64,000 nucleotides of DNA from the NCBI GenBank assembly GCA_035536915.1, contig DATLNE010000032.1, positions 3,752 through 67,751 on the forward strand, given 5' to 3'. The DNA comes from Acidimicrobiales bacterium. GTDB taxonomy: Bacteria; Actinomycetota; Acidimicrobiia; Acidimicrobiales; JAHWLA01. Below are positions 56,022 to 64,000 of this stretch, piece after piece. The position numbers and the translations under genes were made by a program. Numbering within the stretch: position 1 is the first letter of the stretch; every line of letters starts with the position of its first letter. A model generated the notes under the pieces. That model saw only the letters and a list, made by a program, of their open reading frames with translations, had not been told where the DNA came from and did not search any database.

Positions 56022-57296
56022 CTACTGGAAGGGGTTTTCGGGCGGCGCCACGATGTCGAGGTACAACGACGTGACGCCGAGGGTGACCAGCATGAGGAAC
56101 ACCACGTAGGCGACCGGCATGACCTTGGCCATGTCGACCCGGTACGGCCGGCCCGGGCGCGACCGCAGCTTCTCGTAGGTGGCAATGGCGACGTGGCCGC
56201 CGTCGAAGGGCGGCAGGGGGACCATGTTGAAGATGCCCACGAAGATGTTGAGCAGGAACAGCAGCACGAGCACGTCGCGCCAGCCGCTCTCGGCCGCCTG
56301 GCCTGCGACCCGCACGAAGCCGACGGGCGAAAGGAACCGCGGCGTCTCGGGATCGGGCTCGGCCGTTGTGGAACGGCCGGTCAACTGCTTGAAGTACGAC
56401 GTGGCGCCGCTGGGCGAGACCAGGTTGCCCAGCACCTTGACCGTCTGCGTGCTCGCCTCCCAGATGCCCGAGGCCGTCTTGCCGACGGCTTCGACCGGGC
56501 CCCACTTCTCGATGGGGAAGGCGGGGCCGATGCCGATGAAGCCGTAGGGCTTGTTGTCCTCGATGACCGGCCCGCCGCCCTCCAGCTTGATGTCGGCCAG
56601 GTTGGCGGGCGTGGCTGTCAGCGTCTGGCGTTGCCCCTTGCGCTCGACCTCGAAGGTGATCGCCTGGCCCGGGCGCGGCCGGATGTGGTCGCGCAGGCCG
56701 TCCCAGCCGGCGAAGGGCTGGCCGTCGTAGGCCACCAGGCGGTCACCCACCTGGAAGCCCGCCTGCTGGGCCGGGCTGGGGCCGGCCTCCAGGGCGCTGA
56801 TGGTGCCGACCTCGGGCAGTTCGGTGTCGCCGTCGACGGTGCCCACCACGGTGAGGGTCACGAACAGCAGGAGGAAGGCGAGGATGAAGTGCACGGTGGA
56901 GCCCGCCACCGCCACCGACATGCGCCGCCAGTACGGCTTGGCCCGGTAGGTGCGTTGTTCGTCTTCGGGGTCGACCTCCTCGAGGTTCGACATGCCGATG
57001 ATCTTCACGTAGCCGCCCGCGGGGATGGCCTTGATGCCGTACTCGGTCTCGCCCTTGCGCACCGACCACAGGCGCGGGCCGAAGCCGAGGAAGTACTCGG
57101 TCACCTTCATGCCCGCCCACTTGGCGGTCAGGAAGTGCCCCAGCTCGTGGAGCATGATGATCACGATGATGGCGAAGACGACCAGGACCACCTTGGTCAC
57201 GCCCGTCACCATGGCCGCCACCACGCCGGCGGCGATGATCAGCAGCAGCCGGGCCAAGGCGCCGCGCTGCTCGTCGACGGCGGTGTCTTCTGTCAT
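56022..57296 (-). CDS. rseP: Site-2 protease RseP/Rip1 (M50 + PDZ)
   Basis: HELGH, GFGP, AIPAGGYV, PDZ, NMVPLPPFDGG. Confidence 0.92.
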   Translation of the reverse strand: MTEDTAVDEQRGALARLLLIIAAGVVAAMVTGVTKVVLVVFAIIVIIMLHELGHFLTAKWAGMKVTEYFLGFGPRLWSVRKGETEYGIKAIPAGGYVKIIGMSNLEEVDPEDEQRTYRAKPYWRRMSVAVAGSTVHFILAFLLLFVTLTVVGTVDGDTELPEVGTISALEAGPSPAQQAGFQVGDRLVAYDGQPFAGWDGLRDHIRPRPGQAITFEVERKGQRQTLTATPANLADIKLEGGGPVIEDNKPYGFIGIGPAFPIEKWGPVEAVGKTASGIWEASTQTVKVLGNLVSPSGATSYFKQLTGRSTTAEPDPETPRFLSPVGFVRVAGQAAESGWRDVLVLLFLLNIFVGIFNMVPLPPFDGGHVAIATYEKLRSRPGRPYRVDMAKVMPVAYVVFLMLVTLGVTSLYLDIVAPPENPFQ

Positions 57297-58429
57297 GCGG
57301 CTGCTCCTAGTGCGTTCGTTGCGTGACGGCGGGCGTCGTGGTCTGCCTGCAGGACAACGTCGAGGTCGGTGGCGCGCGTTCCCGGCCAGCGCTCCAGCGT
57401 CGATTCGATGACGCCGGCGATGTCGGCCCAGCGGATGCGCTTGTCGAGGAAGGCCTGCACGGCCACCTCGTTGGCGGCGTTGAGCCACGCCGGTGCGGTC
57501 TCGCCGTGGCGGCCCGCCTCGTAGGCCAGGGCCAGGCAGCGGAAAGTGCCGAGGTCGGGGGGCTCGAAGTCGAGCTGTGTGAGCGTGGCCCAGTCGATGG
57601 CGCCGAAGGGCGCGGCCAGTCGTTCGGGGTAGGCCAAGGCGTAGCCGATGGGCAGCCGCATGTCGGGCAGCGAGAGCTGGGCGACGGTGGCGCCATCGCT
57701 GAACTCCACCATCGAATGCACGATCGACTGCGGGTGCACGATCACGTCGATCTGGTCGTACCCCACGCCGAACAGTTCGTGCGCCTCGATGACCTCCAAG
57801 CCCTTGTTCATGAGGGTCGAGGAGTCCACCGTGATCTTCGGTCCCATGGCCCAGGTCGGATGGGCCAGCGCTTCGTCGACCGTCACTTCGGCCAGGTCGG
57901 TGCGGCCGCGGAAGGGGCCGCCGCTGGCGGTCAGGACGATGCGCGTCACCTCGGTGCCGGCGCGGAGGCACTGGTGGACGGCGCAGTGCTCGGAGTCGAC
58001 GGGGAGGATCTCGGCGCCGGGGGTACGGCGGGCGCGCTGCACCACGGGACCCGCGGCGATGAGGGATTCCTTGTTGGCCAGGGCCAGGCGCTTGCCCGCC
58101 TGCAGGGCGGCCAGGGTGACGGGCAGCCCGGCGAAGCCGACCACGCCGTTGACGGTCACGTCCGCGGTTGTGGCGATGTGCGCCAGGGCGTCGGGACCGA
58201 CGAGCAGCTCCGTGCCCGCGGGCAGGCGGTCCTTGAGGTCGGGGGCGGCCGCCTCGTCGGCCACGGCCACGTACTGCGGCCGCAGTTCTGCCGCTTGGGC
58301 GGCCAAGGCGTCGACCGAGCGGGCGGCGGCGAGGGCCACGACGTCGTAGCGCTCGGGCGCTGTTCGGATGACCTCGATCGCCTGTGTGCCCACCGACCCG
58401 GTTGAGCCGACCAGGCTGACCGTCGTCAC
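57293..58429 (-). CDS. dxr: DXP reductoisomerase
   Basis: GSTGSVG, LANKESL, PVDSEH, LTASGGPF, HPTWAMG. Confidence 0.97.
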   Translation of the reverse strand: MTTVSLVGSTGSVGTQAIEVIRTAPERYDVVALAAARSVDALAAQAAELRPQYVAVADEAAAPDLKDRLPAGTELLVGPDALAHIATTADVTVNGVVGFAGLPVTLAALQAGKRLALANKESLIAAGPVVQRARRTPGAEILPVDSEHCAVHQCLRAGTEVTRIVLTASGGPFRGRTDLAEVTVDEALAHPTWAMGPKITVDSSTLMNKGLEVIEAHELFGVGYDQIDVIVHPQSIVHSMVEFSDGATVAQLSLPDMRLPIGYALAYPERLAAPFGAIDWATLTQLDFEPPDLGTFRCLALAYEAGRHGETAPAWLNAANEVAVQAFLDKRIRWADIAGVIESTLERWPGTRATDLDVVLQADHDARRHATNALGAAA

Positions 58430-59901
58430 GCGATCTTCAGCAGCTGCACCAAGTAGTAGACGGCGGGCAGCACGAACAGCATGGCGTCGAAGCGGTCGAG
58501 CACGCCGCCGTGGCCCGGCAGCACCGAGCCCATGTCCTTGACGCCGACATCGCGCTTGACCATCGACTCGCACAGGTCGCCGAGCGGGGCGACGACGGCG
58601 ACGACGAGGCCGAGCACCAAGCCCTTGCCCGGGGTCCAGGGGTGGATGACGAAGCCCATGAAGACGCCCGCCACCAAGGCGATGAACATGCCGCCGAAGA
58701 GGCCTTCCCACGTCTTGTTGGGGCTGACCTCGGGCATCAGTGGGCGGGTGCCCATCTGGCTGCCGAAGAACAGGCCGCCCACGTCGTAGGCCACGGTGCA
58801 CACCACTGCGCCGAGCAGCACGGCGATGCCGCGGCGGTCGGGCAGCGTGAGCATCAAGGTGGCGAACGAACCCAGTCCGCCGACCCACAGGAAGGCCATC
58901 AGGGTGACGGCCACGTTGATCGTGGGCCTGGCCCGCACCACTTCGGCCAGGTACCAAAGGAAGGTGAAGACGACGGTGAGCGCCACGACGAGGGGGAAGG
59001 CGGCCACTCCCTTGGAGTAGGTGGCCAGCAGCAACGAGACGGTGGCGCTGAGGCCGAGCAGGGTGGCGGGCTGGTAGCCCGCCTTGCGCAGCACGGCGAA
59101 GGCCTCGGCGGCGGCCAGGGTGACGGCCACCGTCACCAAGGCGAGGGTGGGGGCGTTGCCGAGCTTGAAGCACAGCAGGGCCACCGCGGCGATGGCGACG
59201 CCGACGCCGACGGCTGTGCCGATGTCGCGGCCGCCGCCACGGGGGCTGGGCGCGTGGTAGTCGGCCAACGGCGGGGGCTGCGTGCGGCTGTGGATGCGGG
59301 TGGGCTGGCGGGGGCCGGGCGCCGGCTCGGGCGCGGGCTCGTCGTAGACGGCGTAGGTCGGGTCGGGCTCAGCGCTCGCCGGTGCCACGGGGTCGCCGAA
59401 CTCGAAGAGGTCGGAGTGCTCGGTGCGGTTCACGTCGAGGGCGCCCATGCGGGTGTCGTCGTCGCCCAGGGCCGCGAGTTCGGCGAAGTCGTCCTCTTCC
59501 CAGTCGGAGCCGCTGTCGCGCCAACGGGGCGCCAGGCCCGACCAGGCGCCGAGGTCGTCGTCGCCTTCTTCGGCGTCGGCGTCGCCCATCAAGACTTTGG
59601 GGACCTCGCCGGTAGGCGGCTCGGTCCAGTGCGGCATGTCGGGCGGCTCCCCGCCGACCACGGGCGGACGGGGGACGGTGGTGGGGTCGACGGATTCAGG
59701 CAAGGGGAAGCGGATCTCCGGGCTCGGGCCCTGAGGGCGCTGGGGAACGTCGCCGAAGCGAGGGGCGTCTTCCGGGCGCCGGCCCGCGGCCTGTCCCGCT
59801 TCGAGGGCGGCCTGGGCCTCCTCGGCACCGATGATCCGTACTCCCTCGGCGGGGGCACGAGTCCTCGACTGCTGCTCGGCGTCGTCGTCGTAGTCGCTCA
59901 A
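58426..59901 (-). CDS. cdsA: Phosphatidate cytidylyltransferase with long acidic N-terminal extension
   Basis: SPNKTWEG, GDLCESMVKR, KDMG, PGHGGVLDRFD. Confidence 0.93.
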   Translation of the reverse strand: MSDYDDDAEQQSRTRAPAEGVRIIGAEEAQAALEAGQAAGRRPEDAPRFGDVPQRPQGPSPEIRFPLPESVDPTTVPRPPVVGGEPPDMPHWTEPPTGEVPKVLMGDADAEEGDDDLGAWSGLAPRWRDSGSDWEEDDFAELAALGDDDTRMGALDVNRTEHSDLFEFGDPVAPASAEPDPTYAVYDEPAPEPAPGPRQPTRIHSRTQPPPLADYHAPSPRGGGRDIGTAVGVGVAIAAVALLCFKLGNAPTLALVTVAVTLAAAEAFAVLRKAGYQPATLLGLSATVSLLLATYSKGVAAFPLVVALTVVFTFLWYLAEVVRARPTINVAVTLMAFLWVGGLGSFATLMLTLPDRRGIAVLLGAVVCTVAYDVGGLFFGSQMGTRPLMPEVSPNKTWEGLFGGMFIALVAGVFMGFVIHPWTPGKGLVLGLVVAVVAPLGDLCESMVKRDVGVKDMGSVLPGHGGVLDRFDAMLFVLPAVYYLVQLLKIA

Positions 59902-59919
59902 CCCGGCGGCCTCCGTGCC

Positions 59920-60495
59920 TCAGACTTCGAGGAGCTCTTGCTCCTTGTGGGCGAGTAGGCGGTCGATCTCGGCCACGTACTCGTGGGTGATCTTCTCCAT
60001 CTCCTTCTCGGCTCGCTCGAGCTCGTCGGAGGAGATGTCGCCGTCCTTTTCCAGCGCCTCAAGATCGTGGCGCGCGGCGCGGCGCAGGTTGCGGATGGCC
60101 ACCCGGGCCTCCTCTGCCTTGTGCTTGACGACCTTGACCATCTCCTTGCGCCGCTCCTCGGTGAGGGGCGGGAAGGAGAGGCGGATGACGACCCCGTCGT
60201 TGCTCGGGTTGATCCCGAGGTCGGAGTTCTGGATCGCCTTCTCGATGCTCTTGAGGGCGGTCTTGTCGTAGGGGGTGATGACCAGCAGGCGGGCTTCGGG
60301 GACGTTGATGCCGGCGATCTGCTGGAGGGGCACCTCGGAGCCGTAGTACTCGACCCGCAGCTTTTCCACGAGGGCGGGCGAGGCCCGGCCGGTGCGCACG
60401 GACGCGAAGTCGACCTGGGCGTGGGCGACGGCCTTGGCCATCTTCTCCCGGGTGTCCGACATCACCGCGGCGATGTAGTCGTCGTCGCTACTCAT
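59920..60495 (-). CDS. frr: Ribosome recycling factor
   Basis: RTGRA, YYG, PPLTEERR, RVAIRNLRR. Confidence 0.97.
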   Translation of the reverse strand: MSSDDDYIAAVMSDTREKMAKAVAHAQVDFASVRTGRASPALVEKLRVEYYGSEVPLQQIAGINVPEARLLVITPYDKTALKSIEKAIQNSDLGINPSNDGVVIRLSFPPLTEERRKEMVKVVKHKAEEARVAIRNLRRAARHDLEALEKDGDISSDELERAEKEMEKITHEYVAEIDRLLAHKEQELLEV

Positions 60496-61220
60496 TATCG
60501 AACCAGCGTACCTATGCGGTCCCCCACCAGGGCGCGACGCACGTTGCCCGGGGTCATCACGTCGAAGACGAGGATGGGCAGCTTGTTGTCCTGGCAGAAG
60601 GTGATGGCGGTGAGGTCCATGACCCGGAGGTCCTGGTCGAGGACCTCTTTGAACGTGAGGTTGTCGTAGCGGGTGGCGTCCGGGTGCTTGCGGGGATCGG
60701 CGGTGTAGACGCCGTCGACGCCGCCGTGCGTGCCCTTCAGGAGGACGTCGGCTTCGATCTCCACGGCCCGGAGAGCGGCGGGCGTGTCGGTGGTGAAGAA
60801 CGGGTTGCCCATGCCCGCGGCGAACACGACGACGCGGTCCTTCTCCAGGTGGCGGATGGCCCGGCGCCGGATGTAGGGCTCGCACACCTCGGCCATCTGG
60901 ATGGCCGAGAGCACCCGGGTGGGCTGGTCGTGGCGCTCGAGGGCGTCCTGCAGGGCCAGCGCGTTGATGACGGTGGCCAGCATGCCCATGTAGTCGGCCG
61001 TGGCCCGGTCCATGCCCGCGCCCGCGCCGGTGGTGCCTCGCCAGATGTTGCCGCCGCCGACGACGACGGCGATCTGGATGCCGAGCTCGCGGCGGGCGAG
61101 AGCGATCTCCTCGGCGATGCGATCGACGACGGTGCCGTCGATCGTCTCGTCGGACGCCGAGGAGGCGAAGGCCTCACCCGAGAGCTTGAGGACGACCCTT
61201 CCCCAGCGGGGCTCGGTCAC
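60495..61220 (-). CDS. pyrH: Uridylate kinase
   Basis: [30 protein letters not shown]. Confidence 0.97.
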   Translation of the reverse strand: MTEPRWGRVVLKLSGEAFASSASDETIDGTVVDRIAEEIALARRELGIQIAVVVGGGNIWRGTTGAGAGMDRATADYMGMLATVINALALQDALERHDQPTRVLSAIQMAEVCEPYIRRRAIRHLEKDRVVVFAAGMGNPFFTTDTPAALRAVEIEADVLLKGTHGGVDGVYTADPRKHPDATRYDNLTFKEVLDQDLRVMDLTAITFCQDNKLPILVFDVMTPGNVRRALVGDRIGTLVR

Positions 61221-61224
61221 AGGC

Positions 61225-62028
61225 TCAACCGCCGATGACGACCTGGGCGAAGCGGACCACGGAGGCGCCGCCGAGCACCTGCTGCACCGTCTGCTTGTCG
61301 TCCTTGGCGTAGGGCTGCTCCAGGAGGACGCCGCCGGGCACCCGCTTGAACCAGCCACCGAGCTTGCCCTCGACGATCTTGGGCAGCGCTTGTTCGGGCT
61401 TGCCCTCGTTGCGGGTCTCGGACTCCAGCGCGGCCCGCTCCTTCTCCACCTCGTCGGTGGCGACGTCGTCGCGGGTGAGGTAGCCGGGCTTGCCGAAGGC
61501 GATGTGCACGGCGATGTCGTGGGCCAGCGACTCGTCGCCGCCGGTGACCTCGACCACGATGCCGTTGACGCCACGGCCGCTCTGCACGTGGAGGTAGGTG
61601 TCGAGGGCGTTGCCCTCGCCCGCCTCGAAGCGCACGACGCGGCCCAGCTCGATGTTCTCCTTGAGCGTGACCTTGAGGTCGTCGATGGCGTCCTGGCGCT
61701 TGGCCACAGCGTCTTCGCCCTCGTCGGCCACCAACTGGGCCAGCTCGTCGGCCAGCTTCACGAAATCGGGCGACTTGGCCACGAAGTCGGTCTCGGACTT
61801 GAGCTGGACGAGGGCGGCCACGTTGCCCGTGCGGGCCACGGCGACGGCGCCTTGGGCGTTCTCGCGGTCGGAGCGCTCGGCGGCCTTGCCGAGGCCTCGC
61901 TCGCGCAGCCAGGTCTTGGCCTCCTCGAAGTCGCCGTCGTTTTCGACCAGCGCCTTCTTGGCGTCCATCATCCCGGCGCCGGTCATGTCACGAAGCCGCT
62001 TGACGTCGGCGGCACCAAATTCGGGCAT
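61225..62028 (-). CDS. tsf: Elongation factor Ts
   Basis: [22 protein letters not shown]. Confidence 0.97.
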   Translation of the reverse strand: MPEFGAADVKRLRDMTGAGMMDAKKALVENDGDFEEAKTWLRERGLGKAAERSDRENAQGAVAVARTGNVAALVQLKSETDFVAKSPDFVKLADELAQLVADEGEDAVAKRQDAIDDLKVTLKENIELGRVVRFEAGEGNALDTYLHVQSGRGVNGIVVEVTGGDESLAHDIAVHIAFGKPGYLTRDDVATDEVEKERAALESETRNEGKPEQALPKIVEGKLGGWFKRVPGGVLLEQPYAKDDKQTVQQVLGGASVVRFAQVVIGG

Positions 62029-62031
62029 TGC

Positions 62032-63144
62032 CTACTGCTCCTCTGCGGGGGTGTCGGTGGCGGGCGTGGCCTCAGCTTCGGCCTCAGCCTCGGGGGCCTC
62101 GGCCTCGGCCTCGGGGGCCGAGGCTTCCGGCTCGGGCGTGGCCTCGTCGGCGGGCGCCGTGGTGGGTGCCGGGGTGTCCTGGGTCACCGTGGCGGGCGCG
62201 GCGGCCTCGTCGACGGGGCTGGGGACTTCCGCCTCGGTGGCGTCGTCCGCCTCGGCTGCGGGGGTGGCGGCGGGCTGGGCCGCTTCGGCTGCTTCGACCG
62301 GGGCGTCGCGGGTGGTGCGGAGGCGGGCCTCGCGCTCCTGGGCCTGGAGGGCGGCCTGGCGGCGGGCCTCGGCCTGCTGCTGGGCCACTCGGGCCTCGTC
62401 CTCGGCGGTGCGCTCGGCGGGGCCGCCGGCGGCGGCGCTGGCCTTGGCGGCACGGCGGGAGGCGATGAAGCGGCCTTCCTCCACGGCATCGGCGATCACC
62501 CGGCACAGGAGGGAGCCGGAGCGGATGGCGTCGTCGTTGCCCGGGATCACGTAGTCGATGACGTCGGGGTCGCAGTTGGTGTCGACCACGGCGACGATCG
62601 GGATGCCGAGCTTGTTGGCCTCGGTGACGGCGATGTGCTCCTTCTTCGTGTCGATCACGAAGATGGCCTCGGGCAGGCGCGACATGCCGCGGATGCCGCC
62701 CAGGTTGCGCTGGAGCTTCTCGAGCTCACGGCTGAGGATGAGCGCTTCCTTCTTGGGCATGGCCTCGAAGTCGCCCGCCGTCTTCATGCGCTCGTACTCG
62801 GTCATCTTCTTCACGCGGCCGCTGATCGTGGAGAAGTTGGTGAGCATGCCGCCCAGCCACCGCTCGTTGATGTAGGGCATGCCGCACTGGGCGGCGAAAC
62901 GGGCCACGGGGTCCTGCGTCTGCTTCTTGGTGCCGACGAACAGGACGCTGCCCCCGTCGGCGACCAGGTCGCGGACGAAGGTGTAGGACTTCTCGATGCC
63001 CCGCATCGTCTGATGCAGGTCGATGATGTAGATGCCGTTGCGCTCGCCGAAGATGAAGCGCCGCATCTTCGGGTTCCAGCGCCGGGTCTGGTGGCCGAAG
63101 TGAACCCCGGCTTCCAGCAGTTGCTTCATGGTGACGACAGCCAT
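62032..63144 (-). CDS. rpsB: 30S ribosomal protein S2 with acidic C-terminal extension
   Basis: [40 protein letters not shown]. Confidence 0.98.
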   Translation of the reverse strand: MAVVTMKQLLEAGVHFGHQTRRWNPKMRRFIFGERNGIYIIDLHQTMRGIEKSYTFVRDLVADGGSVLFVGTKKQTQDPVARFAAQCGMPYINERWLGGMLTNFSTISGRVKKMTEYERMKTAGDFEAMPKKEALILSRELEKLQRNLGGIRGMSRLPEAIFVIDTKKEHIAVTEANKLGIPIVAVVDTNCDPDVIDYVIPGNDDAIRSGSLLCRVIADAVEEGRFIASRRAAKASAAAGGPAERTAEDEARVAQQQAEARRQAALQAQEREARLRTTRDAPVEAAEAAQPAATPAAEADDATEAEVPSPVDEAAAPATVTQDTPAPTTAPADEATPEPEASAPEAEAEAPEAEAEAEATPATDTPAEEQ

Positions 63145-63278
63145 CGTCTGTTCTCCCATCGGTTCTCTGGCCCGGGTGCCGCGCCGCTTCCTTGGAAGCG
63201 ACGACCGTGGGTGCAGCCGGGTGCGGATTCGGTGACGTGGACGGCTCGGCGGGTTCGCCGGGCCGAGGGGTCAGTGTA
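63145..63278 (-). promoter_or_regulatory. rpsB promoter and structured leader (probable S2 autoregulatory element)
   Basis: -10 TACACT (63273-63278); about 120-nt leader with hairpins (CTCGGC/GCCGAG, CGCTTCC/GGAAGCG). Confidence 0.5.
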
Positions 63279-64000
63279 GTCGGCGCGCTGCGTCGAGCCC
63301 CACTGCGGCGAGGGCCAGAGCGGCCGCCGCGGCGAGGGCGAGGAACCCGGGCGACCGTGGTGCCGCCGGGCCGTTCGGGAGGGTGGCGGCGGCGGGAGCG
63401 GCGGCCGAGGCGTCGGTCGGCGGGTGGACCTCGAACTCGACCGTGGCAGTCGCTCGCCGTCCCCCGCCTGCGTCGGCGGTGATGGTGACGGTGTAGCGGC
63501 CCGGCGTCGACAGGGGCGGGAGGGACTGCGTGACGGGGCCGGCCGCCACCAGCCGGGCGGCGCCGAGCACCGTCGGTGCCGTGGCGCCGGGGGCGACGAC
63601 GGCAACTTCGACTGCGGCGGGCGTCGACACGTCGAAGGTCAGTTCGGGGGCGGAACCGGGCTGAAGGGCGGCGACGGCGTGGGGGTGGACGGCGGGCACG
63701 GCGTCCTGGCCGGGCGGCGGGACGATGCGCAGCTTGCCCTTGCCCGCGGGCACCACTTCCCACGGCCCGCCGGTGAACACGGCCAGCGGGGCGCCGGACT
63801 GGTCGAGGACGCGGAAGGCGCCGGAGCCCACGACGGCAGCGGTGGGTCGACCGAGGTCGACGGCCACCTTGATGGTCGGTGGCAACGACTGGGCGGGCAC
63901 GGCGACGGGACGAAGGCCGCCGTAGTAGGAGGCGAGGATGTCCTCGGCCCGCATGCCCCGCAGGGCCTTGCCCAGGGCGCCGTACTGGCTCATGCCGATG
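63271..64000 (-). CDS. SpoIID/LytB domain protein, C-terminal part (start beyond the right edge)
   Basis: IGMSQYGA...DILASYY SpoIID motif, further beta domains, C-terminal TM with basic tail. Confidence 0.8.
   Translation of the reverse strand, partial: IGMSQYGALGKALRGMRAEDILASYYGGLRPVAVPAQSLPPTIKVAVDLGRPTAAVVGSGAFRVLDQSGAPLAVFTGGPWEVVPAGKGKLRIVPPPGQDAVPAVHPHAVAALQPGSAPELTFDVSTPAAVEVAVVAPGATAPTVLGAARLVAAGPVTQSLPPLSTPGRYTVTITADAGGGRRATATVEFEVHPPTDASAAAPAAATLPNGPAAPRSPGFLALAAAAALALAAVGLDAARRLH

Noticed and set aside
174..63279. Very long plus-strand and alternate-frame ORFs (e.g. 1082..4099, 3810..6080, 32684..34870, 55008..57326, 61000..63279)
   Set aside because: Shadow ORFs of high-GC coding sequence, antisense to well-supported genes and with no recognisable motifs
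1..64000. CRISPR array, tRNA/rRNA, integrase, transposase or prophage
   Set aside because: No regularly spaced repeats, cloverleaf-sized gaps or such proteins seen by eye; a weak ncRNA could be missed
63271..64000. SpoIID plus SpoVS as evidence of endospore formation
   Set aside because: Both families occur widely in non-sporulating bacteria

Overview
High-GC actinobacterial chromosome segment, most likely Acidimicrobiia (inferred from gene content), with nearly all genes on the minus strand. It is largely a housekeeping backbone. From the right end it runs rpsB-tsf-pyrH-frr-cdsA-dxr-rseP-ispG, eis-like GNAT, proS, rimP-nusA-ylxR-infB-DUF503-rbfA-nrnA-truB-ribF, rpsO-pnp-M16 peptidase-dapB, dapA-rnj-ftsK, thrB, queF, rimO-pgsA-cinA, recA-spoVS, and miaB-miaA-dapF-hflX-dapC. 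Small accessory inserts sit between these blocks. The most notable points are: (1) a five-gene polyprenyl-phospho-pentose cassette (AftB-like GT-C, HAD phosphatase, UbiA, DprE1, DprE2) placed between ribF and rpsO, which suggests arabinofuranosylation outside the arabinogalactan-making taxa; (2) four genes whose conserved N-termini seem to need near-cognate starts (CTG, CTG, ATA, ACG) overlapping the upstream gene's end, in a window where leaderless promoter geometry is pervasive; (3) a dispersed REP-like palindrome family; (4) two apparently related secreted 4-Cys beta-rich proteins; (5) a TetR-TetR-diiron protein unit next to a PIN toxin-antitoxin pair. I saw no tRNA, rRNA, CRISPR array, integrase or transposase. 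All family calls are by eye from motifs and synteny; no database search was run.
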